59,405 nt of DNA from [Clostridium] aminophilum (GTDB taxonomy: Bacteria > Bacillota > Clostridia > Lachnospirales > Lachnospiraceae), in NCBI RefSeq assembly GCF_900101295.1, contig NZ_FOIL01000015.1:1-59405 (forward strand). The letters run 5' to 3'. Positions 29,721 to 40,244 of this stretch are shown here, piece by piece. Made by a program: the position numbers and the translations under genes. A model generated the notes under the pieces. That model worked only from the letters and a program-made list of their open reading frames with translations, made no database searches and was not told the DNA's origin. Position 1 is the stretch's first letter; the number at the start of each line of letters is the position of its first letter.

Positions 29721-32174
29721 ATGCGTAAAATCAGCAAAGAAGCATTTCGTGCCAACATTGAGGAAGCTCTGAAAGTGAAATTCCGCCGCAGGATCGATGA
29801 GGCGACACCGCAAATGATCTATCACGCGGTGGCGTATGCCGTAAACGCTCTGATCGCAGACGACTGGATGGAGACACAGGAGGAACTTCGAAAAGAAAAC
29901 GCCAAGCGCGTCTACTATCTGTCCATGGAATTCCTGATGGGCCGCGCACTCGGAAACAACATTCTGAATCTCGGTGCGCAGAAAGAGATTCGTGAGGTGC
30001 TGGATGAGATCGGCTTCGATCTGAATTCTATCGAGGACAAGGAGCCGGATCCGGCTCTCGGTAACGGCGGCCTCGGCCGTCTTGCCGCTTGCTTCCTGGA
30101 TTCTCTGGCGACCCTCGGATATCCGGCGTACGGCTGCGGCATCCGCTACCGTTACGGTATGTTCCGTCAGAAAATCGTCGACGGATATCAGGTTGAGGCG
30201 CCGGATGACTGGCTGAAAGACGGATATCCGTTTGAACTTCGCCGGCCGGAATATGCGGTGGAGGTTCGTTTCGGCGGTTATGTCAACACTGAGTGGGTCG
30301 GCGGCAAGAGCATCTTTGTGCACGAGGGTTATCAGGCAGTGCGCGCGGTTCCGTATGACATGCCGATCGTCGGTTACGGAAACCATGTGGTGGATACGCT
30401 CCGGATCTGGGACGCAGAGCCGCTTGCCAAGTTCAATCTGGAGGCGTTTGACCGGGGGGATTACGTCGGCGCGGTGGAACAGCAGGATCTGGCCAAGAAT
30501 CTGGTGGAGGTCCTCTATCCGAACGACAACCACTATGCCGGCAAGGAACTTCGGCTGAAACAGCAGTATTTCTTCGTGTCGGCTTCTCTCCAGACGGCTG
30601 TGAAGAAGTTTAAGGAGCACAACGACGACATTCACAGACTTCCGGACAAGGCGGTCTTTCAGATGAACGACACCCATCCGACGGTTGCGGTGGCGGAGCT
30701 GATGCGAATCCTTCTTGATGATGAGGGACTTGGTTGGGACGAGGCGTGGGAGATTACCTCGCACTGCTGCGCATATACAAATCACACGATCATGAACGAA
30801 GCATTGGAAAAATGGCCGCTGGAGCTGTTTGCGCGCCTTCTTCCGCGTGTATACCAGATCGTGGAGGAGATCAACCGCCGTTTCCTTCTGCAGGTGATGC
30901 AGAAATTCCCGGGGGATATGGATAAAGTCCGGAAGATGGCAATCATCAATGACGGACAGGTCAAGATGGCGCATCTGGCCATCGTGGCAGGCTTTTCGGT
31001 GAACGGTGTGGCGAGACTTCATACCGAGATTCTGAAGAATCAGGAACTGCATGATTTCTATGAGATGTTCCCGGAGAAGTTCAACAACAAGACCAATGGC
31101 ATTACCCAGAGGAGATTCCTTCTTCACGCAAACCCGCTTCTTGCTGACTGGTGCACAAAGAAAGTGGGAGACGGGTGGATCACCGATCTCTCCAAACTGA
31201 AAGGACTGATTCCGTACGCCGACGATCCGGCGGCGCGGGAGGAGTTCCTGAAGATCAAGTATGAGAACAAGGTTCGCCTTGCGGAGTATATCCGGAAACA
31301 CAACGGCATCGAGGTGGATCCGAATTCGATCTTTGATGTTCAGGTGAAACGCCTCCATGAATACAAGAGACAGCTTCTGAACATCCTGAATGTCATTTAT
31401 CTGTACAATCAGCTGAAGGACAACCCGGAGATGGAATTTGTTCCGAGAACCTTTATCTTCGGAGCGAAGGCGGCTGCGGGATATGCCATTGCCAAGGAGA
31501 CGATCAAACTGATCAACTCGGTGGCGGATATTGTGAACAATGACCCGGCCATCGCGGGACGGATCAGGGTTGTCTTCATCGAGGATTACCGTGTGAGTAA
31601 TGCGGAACTTCTCTTTGCGGCGGCGGATATCTCCGAGCAGATTTCCACCGCAAGCAAGGAGGCGTCGGGCACCGGCAATATGAAATTCATGCTGAACGGT
31701 GCGCTGACACTCGGAACCATGGACGGAGCAAATGTTGAGATTGTCGAAGAAGTGGGCAGTGAGAATGCATTTATCTTCGGACTTTCCGCACAGGAAGTCA
31801 TCGAACTTGAACACAACGGTTCCTATGATCCGAAGCTGATCTTTAACGACAATGCCGATATCCGCCGCGTTCTGATGCAGCTGATCAACGGAACATTCTC
31901 GCCGAGAAATCCGGAACAGTTCCGCAGAATCTACAACTCGCTGTTGAGTTCCAACGGCGGCAATCCGGCAGACCGGTTCTTCATTCTGAAGGATTTCCGG
32001 TCCTATGATCAGGCGAGACGGTTTGCGGCGGAAAAGTATAAGGACAGGGACTGGTGGGCGAGAGCCGCGATTCTCAACATCGCTCATTCCGGAAAGTTCT
32101 CTTCGGACCGGACCATTGAAGAATATGTACAGGATATCTGGCATCTGAAGAAGCTGGAGATTCCGTGCGAGTAA
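29721..32174 (+). CDS. glgP: Glycogen/alpha-glucan phosphorylase
   Basis: 817 aa. PLP-lysine region EASGTGNMKFMLNGALT and EFLMGRALGNN; a GT35 family hallmark. Confidence 0.93.
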   Translation: MRKISKEAFRANIEEALKVKFRRRIDEATPQMIYHAVAYAVNALIADDWMETQEELRKENAKRVYYLSMEFLMGRALGNNILNLGAQKEIREVLDEIGFDLNSIEDKEPDPALGNGGLGRLAACFLDSLATLGYPAYGCGIRYRYGMFRQKIVDGYQVEAPDDWLKDGYPFELRRPEYAVEVRFGGYVNTEWVGGKSIFVHEGYQAVRAVPYDMPIVGYGNHVVDTLRIWDAEPLAKFNLEAFDRGDYVGAVEQQDLAKNLVEVLYPNDNHYAGKELRLKQQYFFVSASLQTAVKKFKEHNDDIHRLPDKAVFQMNDTHPTVAVAELMRILLDDEGLGWDEAWEITSHCCAYTNHTIMNEALEKWPLELFARLLPRVYQIVEEINRRFLLQVMQKFPGDMDKVRKMAIINDGQVKMAHLAIVAGFSVNGVARLHTEILKNQELHDFYEMFPEKFNNKTNGITQRRFLLHANPLLADWCTKKVGDGWITDLSKLKGLIPYADDPAAREEFLKIKYENKVRLAEYIRKHNGIEVDPNSIFDVQVKRLHEYKRQLLNILNVIYLYNQLKDNPEMEFVPRTFIFGAKAAAGYAIAKETIKLINSVADIVNNDPAIAGRIRVVFIEDYRVSNAELLFAAADISEQISTASKEASGTGNMKFMLNGALTLGTMDGANVEIVEEVGSENAFIFGLSAQEVIELEHNGSYDPKLIFNDNADIRRVLMQLINGTFSPRNPEQFRRIYNSLLSSNGGNPADRFFILKDFRSYDQARRFAAEKYKDRDWWARAAILNIAHSGKFSSDRTIEEYVQDIWHLKKLEIPCE

Positions 32175-32187
32175 GGAGGAAAGTACA

Positions 32188-32478
32188 TTGGCCGGCTGCA
32201 GTATTATTCTGGTGCTGTGTGTTGTTATGCCGATCTTGTTTGCGGTGTTTGCCATCGCATTCGGCACGATGGCTGCGTCCCTCGTGATGACGATCGGCTG
32301 TGCAGCCGCTCTTTACTTTTTGAAAAAGAAAGGGTATTTTGAGAAGTATCGAAATGATGAGGACGAGCTGAAGCGATTCTTTGCCATGGCGGTGAAGATC
32401 GTCCTCATCCTGCTTCTCGTTATCAATGCGGTGGTGTTTGCCGCGATGAGCATTGCCATGATCGCGCTGTTTGCGTGA
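32188..32478 (+). CDS. Small hydrophobic membrane protein (96 aa, 3 TM), co-transcribed with glgP
   Basis: Starts 14 nt after the glgP stop. Three hydrophobic helices with KKKGYFEKYRNDEDE in the loop. Confidence 0.45.
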   Translation: MAGCSIILVLCVVMPILFAVFAIAFGTMAASLVMTIGCAAALYFLKKKGYFEKYRNDEDELKRFFAMAVKIVLILLLVINAVVFAAMSIAMIALFA

Positions 32479-32509
32479 GATGGTCTGCAATGAAAAAAAC
32501 AGAGAGAGA

Positions 32510-32549
32510 GCCCCGTGTGCCGGTAACGGTACGCGGGGCTTTTGCTGTG
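32510..32549 (+). terminator. Intrinsic terminator after the glgP operon
   Basis: gccccgtgtgccgg-taac-ggtacgcggggc followed by TTTTGCTG. Confidence 0.65.
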
Positions 32550-32696
32550 AAAGAACAAATTCTGAGATAAGCTTTGCCATGGAGGAAACTCCCAATTTTG
32601 ACTTGAAAATATTGTAAATATTCGTTATTGTTAAAATATTGCGAATAATTATGCACAGTGTGCCGGATCAGACGGCGATCAATCAGGTAGAGAACG

Positions 32697-34859
32697 ATGC
32701 GTGGATTCATTAAAAAAATCAGGACCAGTCCGGTATTCCGCCGGATCCTTCTTTTGCTGTCCGCGATGACAGTCATCATGTTTGGAATCAACTTTTTCTT
32801 TTTAAAGTCTCTTCTTGCAAAAGAATACAATGAGAGGACCGAAGATGCACTGAACGACATTCTGGTCACTGCGGACGAATTCATCGCCCAGAATCTTCTG
32901 TCGGAGGGGCAGGCCATGCAGCAGACCATGTGGAACGATACCATGACCGAGGCCATTCTGCTTGCGGATGAAATGAGTCCGTATCAAAAACAGGAGATCG
33001 CGAAAATTCTCTCGAATTATGAAAGAGAACACACGATCGCAGCAAGAACCTGGCTCTTTACCTATCCCAATGATATGTGCTACGGATCCGACGGAACCGT
33101 CTGCGCCATCGGAGAGTCACCGGCGGCGCAGTTTTTTCCGGAATACAATGATTCTGCTATGGGAAAAACCTTGAGGGGAAAAGGAATCGCCACCACAGTC
33201 TGCACAAACAACGGGCGCGCAGCGTTATGGCAGGATTTTCCAACGCCCGAGAGAAACGGGGCACTGGTGGTGGAGCTGAACGAGGAGGCCTTGCTGGAAC
33301 CGGTTCGCGCGGCGATCGAAGAGAGTGAGGATTTTCTGGAGGTGTGGGACGGCAGCGGGCACATACTGAGTGTTCTGGGAGCAATTGACGGAACACTTCC
33401 CGAGAGACAGACCCTGACCGGACAGACCGGGTGGATCTACAGTATACGGCAGAGCAGCGACACATCCGGGATTTCCGCAGAATATGTGATCCGGATGATC
33501 GGTTTTTGGATCATCCTTTTTGCGGTGATCGGCATGACGGTGGTGCCGGTCATATCCGGCTGGATCTACCGGCCGATCGGAACACTCAGCAGGGCGGTGC
33601 TGAAAGAACCGGATAAGGGAAATGAGCTGGATCTTGTCCGGACCGTCTATGAGGATACGGTGAAAGAAAAACGGAATCTGGCCGACAAGGTTTCGGAGAT
33701 GGCGCCGTTTGTCCGGGAAAGACTTTACGGAGGACTGCTTCGGGGCCGTGAGTATGATGCGGAATATCTGAGAGAGCGGCTGGCATTTCTGGAGAGTCCG
33801 TTCCGTATGGAATATGTTTTCCGGGTCATCATGGCGGCACCGGAAAACCGGGATGAACCAACCGCAGAGGAGAAGATGAGCTCTCTTTACCGATACTTTG
33901 GAAGCGGAAGAAGCGACGACGGCACAATCTGCAGGGAGGGATTTTTAACCGATGATTATATTCTGGTGATCATCATGGGCTGTCCGAAGACCGTATCGGT
34001 TTCGGCTGTCAAAAAGGAGGAAAACCGTCTCACGGAATCGCTTTTGGAGGCTTACGCGGGAGAGAAGACAAAGGCAAAACTTATTGTGAGCCACGGGGGA
34101 AGTTACGTCGGCATCGAGAATTTGAATTATTCTTACGCGGATGCCCGGGAAGAATTAAACTACAGAATCTATAACAAGACCGATTCCGACTGTGCGGACC
34201 GCTGCGATGATTCAATCCGGCTGCGCAGCGTGAGAGTGGCGAAGGCAGCGGCGGAAGGCGATGTGGAAAGTGCAAAAACCATGCTGGGGGGATATATTTC
34301 CGACGTGTCGGACCCGGATGAGGGAATGATGTTTGTCGATACGCTGATGGGTGAACTTCTGGCCAATGGAGTAAAGTCCGACGATATGGAGAAACTGAAT
34401 GTCTGCTACCACCGGATGGAACGTCAGGACACGGAGACGGGGGCGGAGCAGATCCGGAGAATTCTCGAAGAAGCGGGGATGTTTGCTATTCAGATTCTCT
34501 CGGACGGAAGGCAGAAAAATCAGAACAAGTATGTGATCCGGGCAAAGGAATATCTGCAGGAACACTACAGCGACCGGACACTTTCCCAGGACGCGGTTGC
34601 CCAGAATCTTGGCATTAACAGTGCATATCTGAGCCGGCTTTTCAAGGAATACAACGACACAAGCTTTGTGAATTATCTGAACGGCTGCCGTGTCAGTGAG
34701 AGTATGAAAATGCTGTCGGAATCCAGCGTGTCGGTCGAGGAGATCGGATTCCGGTGCGGTTTTAATTCGGTTCAGAACTATACAAGGGTCTTCAAAAAGA
34801 TAAACGGAATGACTCCGGGGGCTTACCGGAAACAAATGACGGAGGCGGACCCGGCGTGA
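32697..34859 (+). CDS. Membrane-anchored AraC-family transcriptional regulator with an extracytoplasmic sensor domain (one-component)
   Basis: TM1 ILLLLSAMTVIMFGINFFFL, then a roughly 230-aa extracytoplasmic region, then TM2 MIGFWIILFAVIGMTVVPVISGWIY, then a roughly 400-aa cytoplasmic region. It ends with the AraC dual-HTH (IGFRCGFNSVQNYTRVFKKINGMTPGAYR). Confidence 0.8.
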   Translation: MRGFIKKIRTSPVFRRILLLLSAMTVIMFGINFFFLKSLLAKEYNERTEDALNDILVTADEFIAQNLLSEGQAMQQTMWNDTMTEAILLADEMSPYQKQEIAKILSNYEREHTIAARTWLFTYPNDMCYGSDGTVCAIGESPAAQFFPEYNDSAMGKTLRGKGIATTVCTNNGRAALWQDFPTPERNGALVVELNEEALLEPVRAAIEESEDFLEVWDGSGHILSVLGAIDGTLPERQTLTGQTGWIYSIRQSSDTSGISAEYVIRMIGFWIILFAVIGMTVVPVISGWIYRPIGTLSRAVLKEPDKGNELDLVRTVYEDTVKEKRNLADKVSEMAPFVRERLYGGLLRGREYDAEYLRERLAFLESPFRMEYVFRVIMAAPENRDEPTAEEKMSSLYRYFGSGRSDDGTICREGFLTDDYILVIIMGCPKTVSVSAVKKEENRLTESLLEAYAGEKTKAKLIVSHGGSYVGIENLNYSYADAREELNYRIYNKTDSDCADRCDDSIRLRSVRVAKAAAEGDVESAKTMLGGYISDVSDPDEGMMFVDTLMGELLANGVKSDDMEKLNVCYHRMERQDTETGAEQIRRILEEAGMFAIQILSDGRQKNQNKYVIRAKEYLQEHYSDRTLSQDAVAQNLGINSAYLSRLFKEYNDTSFVNYLNGCRVSESMKMLSESSVSVEEIGFRCGFNSVQNYTRVFKKINGMTPGAYRKQMTEADPA

Positions 34860-34950
34860 GGGTTTAAGCCGGAGAGGAAATCTGTTTTTTACCGGCAGCT
34901 GCGATATCGGCGAGGAATCATCCGGCGTCTGCCGGAGCCAGGAGGAGAAT

Positions 34951-35973
34951 ATGAGAAACAGATTATTTGCATGGCTTATTTGCCTTGTTTTAACCGCGAC
35001 AGGCGGCTGTGGCAAAAGTGACCGTTTCGACACGGCTCAGACATCGGCTCCGGAAAAGCAGGAAACCGGAGCAAAAGAACCGGTTTTCCGCTTTGGCATC
35101 GGTTTCTCCGGTGATGGATACGCCGTCTTTTTGAAAGACTGGAAAGAGAAAGTGTTTCAGGAAACCGGAGGGGATGTCGAACTGGAACTTTTTGGCGGTA
35201 ATATTCTGGGGGCCGGTTCTGCGATGTGCCGTGCAGTGCAAAAGGGAACGCTCACGGTTGTCGCATCCAGCACATCGGCCACGACGGATATTGTTCCGGA
35301 GGCGGCGATTATGGATATTCCCGGCTGCTTTCCGGCGTACAGTGTTCCGCACAGGGTCTATTCGGGAGAGTTCTTTGAAAAACTGAATGAATTCTATGAG
35401 GCACAGGGACTTGAACTGCTGGGACTGCGGACGGGAGAACCGTGGATCATCTCTTCCGGCAGGAAGACGGAGCGTCTGTCGGAACTTCGCGGGATGACGG
35501 TCCGTACTTCGGGAAGCCGGTGGCACAACCGTCTCTATGATGCGCTGGGGATGAAACGGGTTGAGGATATCAGCCTTGGCGGACTGACGTATCTGCTGGA
35601 TGACGGGAAAGTGGATGGGATTGAGACGACCTATGAGATTCTGCGCACACAGGGACTGGTTGAGAAGCAGCCCTACGGACTTAATGTCCCGTTTTTTCAT
35701 ATGAGCAGTTCGATTACGATGAACCTTGAGGCGTATGAATCGCTCCCCGATGAATACCGGAAGGTGTTAAAAAACACACTTCTGGAACTGATGACGAAAG
35801 AGGAGGAAAGAATGGCCGAAACCGTTCCGGATGGCATGGAATTTGTCTCGTTTGGCCGGGAAGACATGGAAACGCTGAAAGAGGCGGCGGAGCCGATCCG
35901 AAAGGAGATTCTGGATCTTGTGGATGAGGAACTGAAAGAAGCATTTCTGAAGGAAAATGCGGGCAGAGAATAA
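34951..35973 (+). CDS. Orphan TRAP-type (DctP-family) solute-binding lipoprotein
   Basis: Lipobox LTATGGC. The pattern VELELFGGNILG...GTLTVVASSTSATTDIVPEAAIMDIPGCF follows the DctP VxVxxFPnsqLG...GTIDMAxxSxxxxxxFVPExxVFDLPFLF pattern. No DctQ/DctM genes are adjacent. Confidence 0.6.
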   Translation: MRNRLFAWLICLVLTATGGCGKSDRFDTAQTSAPEKQETGAKEPVFRFGIGFSGDGYAVFLKDWKEKVFQETGGDVELELFGGNILGAGSAMCRAVQKGTLTVVASSTSATTDIVPEAAIMDIPGCFPAYSVPHRVYSGEFFEKLNEFYEAQGLELLGLRTGEPWIISSGRKTERLSELRGMTVRTSGSRWHNRLYDALGMKRVEDISLGGLTYLLDDGKVDGIETTYEILRTQGLVEKQPYGLNVPFFHMSSSITMNLEAYESLPDEYRKVLKNTLLELMTKEEERMAETVPDGMEFVSFGREDMETLKEAAEPIRKEILDLVDEELKEAFLKENAGRE

Positions 35974-36108
35974 TTTTTGGAATCCTGAACATTTTTTTAC
36001 ATATTGCGAAAAAACGCTAATTTCGGGCAAAATCTTTGTCTGTGAAAAGAATAAAATTGCCGTTAAGATGTCCTCGTTGAGATTAACCATCAAAGGAGGA
36101 CATTTTTT

Positions 36109-37851
36109 ATGTTTAACGAAAAAGGGAAAGACGGGAAGCGAAAAGTTTTTCTGACAGCAACGACGGCAGCGATGGTACTCGGACTTGCAGCCTGCGGCTC
36201 CGGCAGCGGAGTCCGGAACACAGAGGAGGCAAAGTCAACGGAGAGTGTTCAGGAAACCGCAGCAGCGAATGCGGCACCGGACATGGATCATGTCAGGAGC
36301 ATTCAGGCATACACCGACGGTACGTTGTACGGAACCGGTCTTGTGGAAGTGGAAATCACATATGACGATGGCGTTGATCTCTCAAAGATTACGCCGGACA
36401 GTTATGTGCTGGAGGACAGAGGATCGCTCAATCCGGAATATGGACAGATTTTGATTGACAATGTGGCGGTAAACGGTCAGGTTGTCACATTGAAGGTATC
36501 CGGTGCAAGTCAGGCGACGGCAGCGAATAAACTCGTTTATTCAGGTGACGCAAAAGAAGGAAACCGCGAACGCAATGCGTTCGGAATCTACTGCACGGGA
36601 GACTGGTACCGCGATGAAAACGGTGCGATTCACTACGGTAAGGAAAACTCCGGAGAGTATCTTGCGAATGAAACAAAGATGGGGTATCAGGCAAGACATT
36701 CGCTGGAACTGAAACTTCGCCATGCGGGAGAGCCGGCGGAAGAGGCGGAGTGCCTGGCAGATGAAAAGGGTGAGTACAATTCCGGATCAAAGTGGCTCAG
36801 GACCGTTGACCGCCAGTTTGGAGAAAAAGGATTTAAAGATCTCTATGATCTGAAGATTCCTTCTACGGGTGCGGATGCGTCCGACGGAACCGGAGATCCG
36901 TATGTTCAGGGATACTATTATGTTCCGGAGAACTATAAACCGGAAAACGGCATCATTTTTACCCTTCAGGGTCAGGGGATTTCGTATTGGAAGCTGGCCG
37001 ACGGATGTGACGACAAAGGAACCGGCATCAAGTATGATACCGCAACGACATCCTGGGCGGATACGGGCGCGATTGTGGTGAATATTCATGACCGGTCCAC
37101 AGCCAGTCACGGCGGTTATGAGGAGAAATACGATTTTGTGACGGATGACGTCAACGTAATGAAGTACTTTATAGATACCTATAAGATTACCGGAAATATT
37201 GCCATTCAGGGGAATTCGCGCGGTACCATGGCGAGCGATGCGGTGATCAAGGCACTGGCCGGCGCAAAGTATAATCCGGCACAGCAGGGCGCAGGATGGG
37301 AAGGTGAGCTGACTTACGAACTGGATAAGTCGGTATATGACTTTGACATTGACTGCTATATCTGTCAGAACGGCACATTCGGCGGCAATATCGGCAACAC
37401 GGGACTTCCCCAGTTTAACGATGACGCATGGGAGAAGGTTGCGGCTACCGGACTGAAAGTATGGGCATTTGACGGCGAGCAGGACACCAACAACATAGAG
37501 ACTGTTGCCCGATATAAGGAAGAACTGAAAAAAGCGGGCCGATCCGACGCCTGGATTGAAGAAAATGTCCGTCTCACCGGCTATACCTCCGACATTTTCT
37601 ATGCATGGGGCGAGACCGATCACTCCGTAACCAGAATGAACGGCTGGTATTTTGATGATCAGGCATACTACGGGCCGGATCTTACCATCGATGAGAACGG
37701 AGAAATTCAGTACAACACGAAGCTGAAAGACGGCGACACGTATGTACTCCCGGCTAGAGGCAAGGCCGCCGACAGCAGTAAGAAGGGATATGAGTATAAA
37801 ATTTATGATGATCTGTTCCATGACTGGGCACTGATTCCGGCTGAGCAGTAA
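36109..37851 (+). CDS. Secreted lipoprotein, putative alpha/beta-hydrolase (esterase) with a GNSRG nucleophile motif
   Basis: Lipobox LAACGSG. GxSxG at IAIQGNSRGTMAS. Downstream are candidate Asp (FDGEQD) and His (GETDHS) triad residues. The start codon is embedded in an 8-bp IR (atgtcctc...gaggacat) that sequesters the SD. Confidence 0.55.
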   Translation: MFNEKGKDGKRKVFLTATTAAMVLGLAACGSGSGVRNTEEAKSTESVQETAAANAAPDMDHVRSIQAYTDGTLYGTGLVEVEITYDDGVDLSKITPDSYVLEDRGSLNPEYGQILIDNVAVNGQVVTLKVSGASQATAANKLVYSGDAKEGNRERNAFGIYCTGDWYRDENGAIHYGKENSGEYLANETKMGYQARHSLELKLRHAGEPAEEAECLADEKGEYNSGSKWLRTVDRQFGEKGFKDLYDLKIPSTGADASDGTGDPYVQGYYYVPENYKPENGIIFTLQGQGISYWKLADGCDDKGTGIKYDTATTSWADTGAIVVNIHDRSTASHGGYEEKYDFVTDDVNVMKYFIDTYKITGNIAIQGNSRGTMASDAVIKALAGAKYNPAQQGAGWEGELTYELDKSVYDFDIDCYICQNGTFGGNIGNTGLPQFNDDAWEKVAATGLKVWAFDGEQDTNNIETVARYKEELKKAGRSDAWIEENVRLTGYTSDIFYAWGETDHSVTRMNGWYFDDQAYYGPDLTIDENGEIQYNTKLKDGDTYVLPARGKAADSSKKGYEYKIYDDLFHDWALIPAEQ

Positions 37852-37878
37852 AAGAAACGGAACGGAGGATGAGAAATC

Positions 37879-39615
37879 ATGTCTAAGTTGAGCAGAAGGG
37901 GACTTGCGGCGATCATCGCCGCAGTCCTGATTACGGTCGGATTCTGTATGGCAAAGTACGCGGAATCCGGAGCGGGTATGGTGGACGTCAGACGAACGGA
38001 ATTCATGACGTCCGATGGGCACAGAATGAGCGCAAAACTGTATATACCAGAGAATGCCACGGCGGATGATCCGGCTCCTGCCATTCTGGCTGCGCCGGGC
38101 GGAAACGCCAATCTGGAAAACCTGAGTGATCCATGCATTGAGCTGTCGAGAAGAGGCTTTGTGGTTATGGCTTTTGATCCATATACCATCGGCCGTTCCG
38201 ATTCGGTGAGCGCTCCCGACAACGGAGCCAGAGAAGCGATGAAGTATATGAGGTCGCTTGCGTTTGTCGACAATGAAAATATCGGTGCATTCGGTCATTC
38301 CGCCGGCACCGGGAGAGCCAGATGGGCGGTTACCGACGACGGGGAGCAGAAACACGTCGCAGAAGGAATAAAGGCAGTGTTCTATCTGGCAGCGGGACAA
38401 TTTGACCTGGAGGGCGTCAATCACGGAATATATATCGGCAGTTGGGATAATACGTATCCGGCGGGAGGCGCGCATCTTTCAGCAAGAGAGCTGGATACGG
38501 CGGAGAGTTTTACGACGGCACTCGGTGTAGATCGAATCGAATTTGGAAAATGGTACGGAGACCTGACCGAGGGCAATGCGAGAGTGTTCTACACCGGTAA
38601 TTCCGGACATCCCAGCGCTCTGGTTTTGCCTCAGCCGATCCTGATCATGACGGACTTCTTCTCCCAGGCCCTTCATGCGCCGCTTCTGGAGGCAAAAGGA
38701 CTGATCTATCCGTGGAAGGAGTTCGGAACCGCGCTGGGAATCATCGGTATTCTGATGATGATGTTTCCGGTGCTGTCCATTCTCTTTGATATGCCGTTTT
38801 TCGAGAGCGTGAAAAGACCGATGCCGGAACCGGTGTCCGGAGTGAATGCACCGTTCCTGTTTTACTGTATCATGCCGGCGGTCATTAACACCCTTCTGTG
38901 CAAGTGGGCAATATACAACGGGCAGAATTTTCTTGGAGGATTCAACAGAGTTCTTCGTATCAACAACACCAACGGATTTGTATTCTGGTTTGCCTGCAGC
39001 GCAATGCTGACGGTAGTAATTCTCGCGATCCGATTTCGATGGGACGGAACCATTGACAGAGAAAGGATCCTGACGCACGCAAAAACCACATGGCCCAATT
39101 TCTTCAAGTCGCTGCTTCTGGGAGTGATGGCGGTCGGAGTGGTGTTTGGACTTACTTATCTTGCAGAGGTTTTGTTCGGACTTGATCCAAGAATCTGGAA
39201 GGTTCAGCTGAACACGCTGGATGCGAGACGGATCGGTGTATTCCTGACGTATTTTCCGCTGTATCTGCTGTTTTTCGGCGTGTTTAATTTCAGCCAGACC
39301 ATCGGCCTTAAGATAAAGGGACAGTCGGAAGGCCGGTTTACCTTCCTCGTATGGCTGACCAGCACCATTCCATCGGCGGCATTTCTGATCTATGCATACG
39401 GGAAACTGTGGATTACAGGTTACACCGCCATCACCAATGTTCAGATGTCCCGGGCCAACGGAACTCTGCTGAACACGATTTTAACCTATTTTATCACCTG
39501 TAAAGTCACGACCTTTTGCTATAAAAAGACCGGCGGTTATCACACCGGAGCGGTGATCAATGCCATACTCATGACCTGGACGGCAGTGGCGGCCGACATC
39601 ATTCTTGCGGTATAA
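37879..39615 (+). CDS. Alpha/beta-hydrolase (dienelactone-hydrolase-like) fused to a C-terminal polytopic membrane domain
   Basis: An N-terminal TM is followed by the hydrolase domain with GHSAG (GxSxG), then about 8 predicted TM helices in residues 290-578. Confidence 0.55.
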   Translation: MSKLSRRGLAAIIAAVLITVGFCMAKYAESGAGMVDVRRTEFMTSDGHRMSAKLYIPENATADDPAPAILAAPGGNANLENLSDPCIELSRRGFVVMAFDPYTIGRSDSVSAPDNGAREAMKYMRSLAFVDNENIGAFGHSAGTGRARWAVTDDGEQKHVAEGIKAVFYLAAGQFDLEGVNHGIYIGSWDNTYPAGGAHLSARELDTAESFTTALGVDRIEFGKWYGDLTEGNARVFYTGNSGHPSALVLPQPILIMTDFFSQALHAPLLEAKGLIYPWKEFGTALGIIGILMMMFPVLSILFDMPFFESVKRPMPEPVSGVNAPFLFYCIMPAVINTLLCKWAIYNGQNFLGGFNRVLRINNTNGFVFWFACSAMLTVVILAIRFRWDGTIDRERILTHAKTTWPNFFKSLLLGVMAVGVVFGLTYLAEVLFGLDPRIWKVQLNTLDARRIGVFLTYFPLYLLFFGVFNFSQTIGLKIKGQSEGRFTFLVWLTSTIPSAAFLIYAYGKLWITGYTAITNVQMSRANGTLLNTILTYFITCKVTTFCYKKTGGYHTGAVINAILMTWTAVAADIILAV

Positions 39616-39743
39616 CCGCGGTGTTGACGGCCGGGTTTTGTACCGCTTTGCATACTTGCAATTAACGCCCCTTTAATTTACAATGAAAAAAGAATTTTCA
39701 CTTAAGTTATCAGATTCTTTTCTGATGAACCGGAGGGCATGAG

Positions 39744-40178
39744 ATGTACAGACAGGCGCCAATGCGAAAACCGAACAGGAGATATATCCCGGTGGCAGCG
39801 GCGGCCTGTCTTTTTGCGCTTTCTGCGGCTCTTTACGGTTCATGGATCTTTTCTCCGAAGCAGCAGGCGGAGAGGGCGGTCCGGGAGTATTACACCTATT
39901 CTGCGGAAAAGCCCGTTCCGGATTTTCTCCGCGGGGAGGAAGGCGCTCAGCGAGTGTTCGTCCGCGGGGTGGAACTGGAGGAGGATCCGTCTTCTGACGG
40001 CACGGAGACGGGCCAAGAGTCATCCTACCGGTATCGGGCCGAATATACGGTGGCGCTGGAAAAGGGAAATCACACGGTGACGCCGCTGATTGAGAAAACC
40101 GCATCCGGACGTGTTGTGACGGGAGAGAATCGGAAACAGTGGACGGTGGCGGAAATGCTGCCGGCTGAAATATCGTGA
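39744..40178 (+). CDS. Small membrane-anchored hypothetical protein
   Basis: An SD GGAGGG lies 7 nt upstream. N-terminal TM (VAAAACLFALSAALYGSWIF). 144 aa. No recognisable family. Confidence 0.5.
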   Translation: MYRQAPMRKPNRRYIPVAAAACLFALSAALYGSWIFSPKQQAERAVREYYTYSAEKPVPDFLRGEEGAQRVFVRGVELEEDPSSDGTETGQESSYRYRAEYTVALEKGNHTVTPLIEKTASGRVVTGENRKQWTVAEMLPAEIS

Positions 40179-40244
40179 AATATGGAATGATCTGTTTCGT
40201 GAAATGCGGAACGGCATGTTTCCGGAATGAAAAGGGGGAAAACC

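Noticed and set aside
32074-32595. 173-aa minus-strand ORF overlapping the glgP end and the small membrane protein gene
   Set aside because: It is antisense to two co-directional, coupled genes. It is basic and low-complexity and has no SD.
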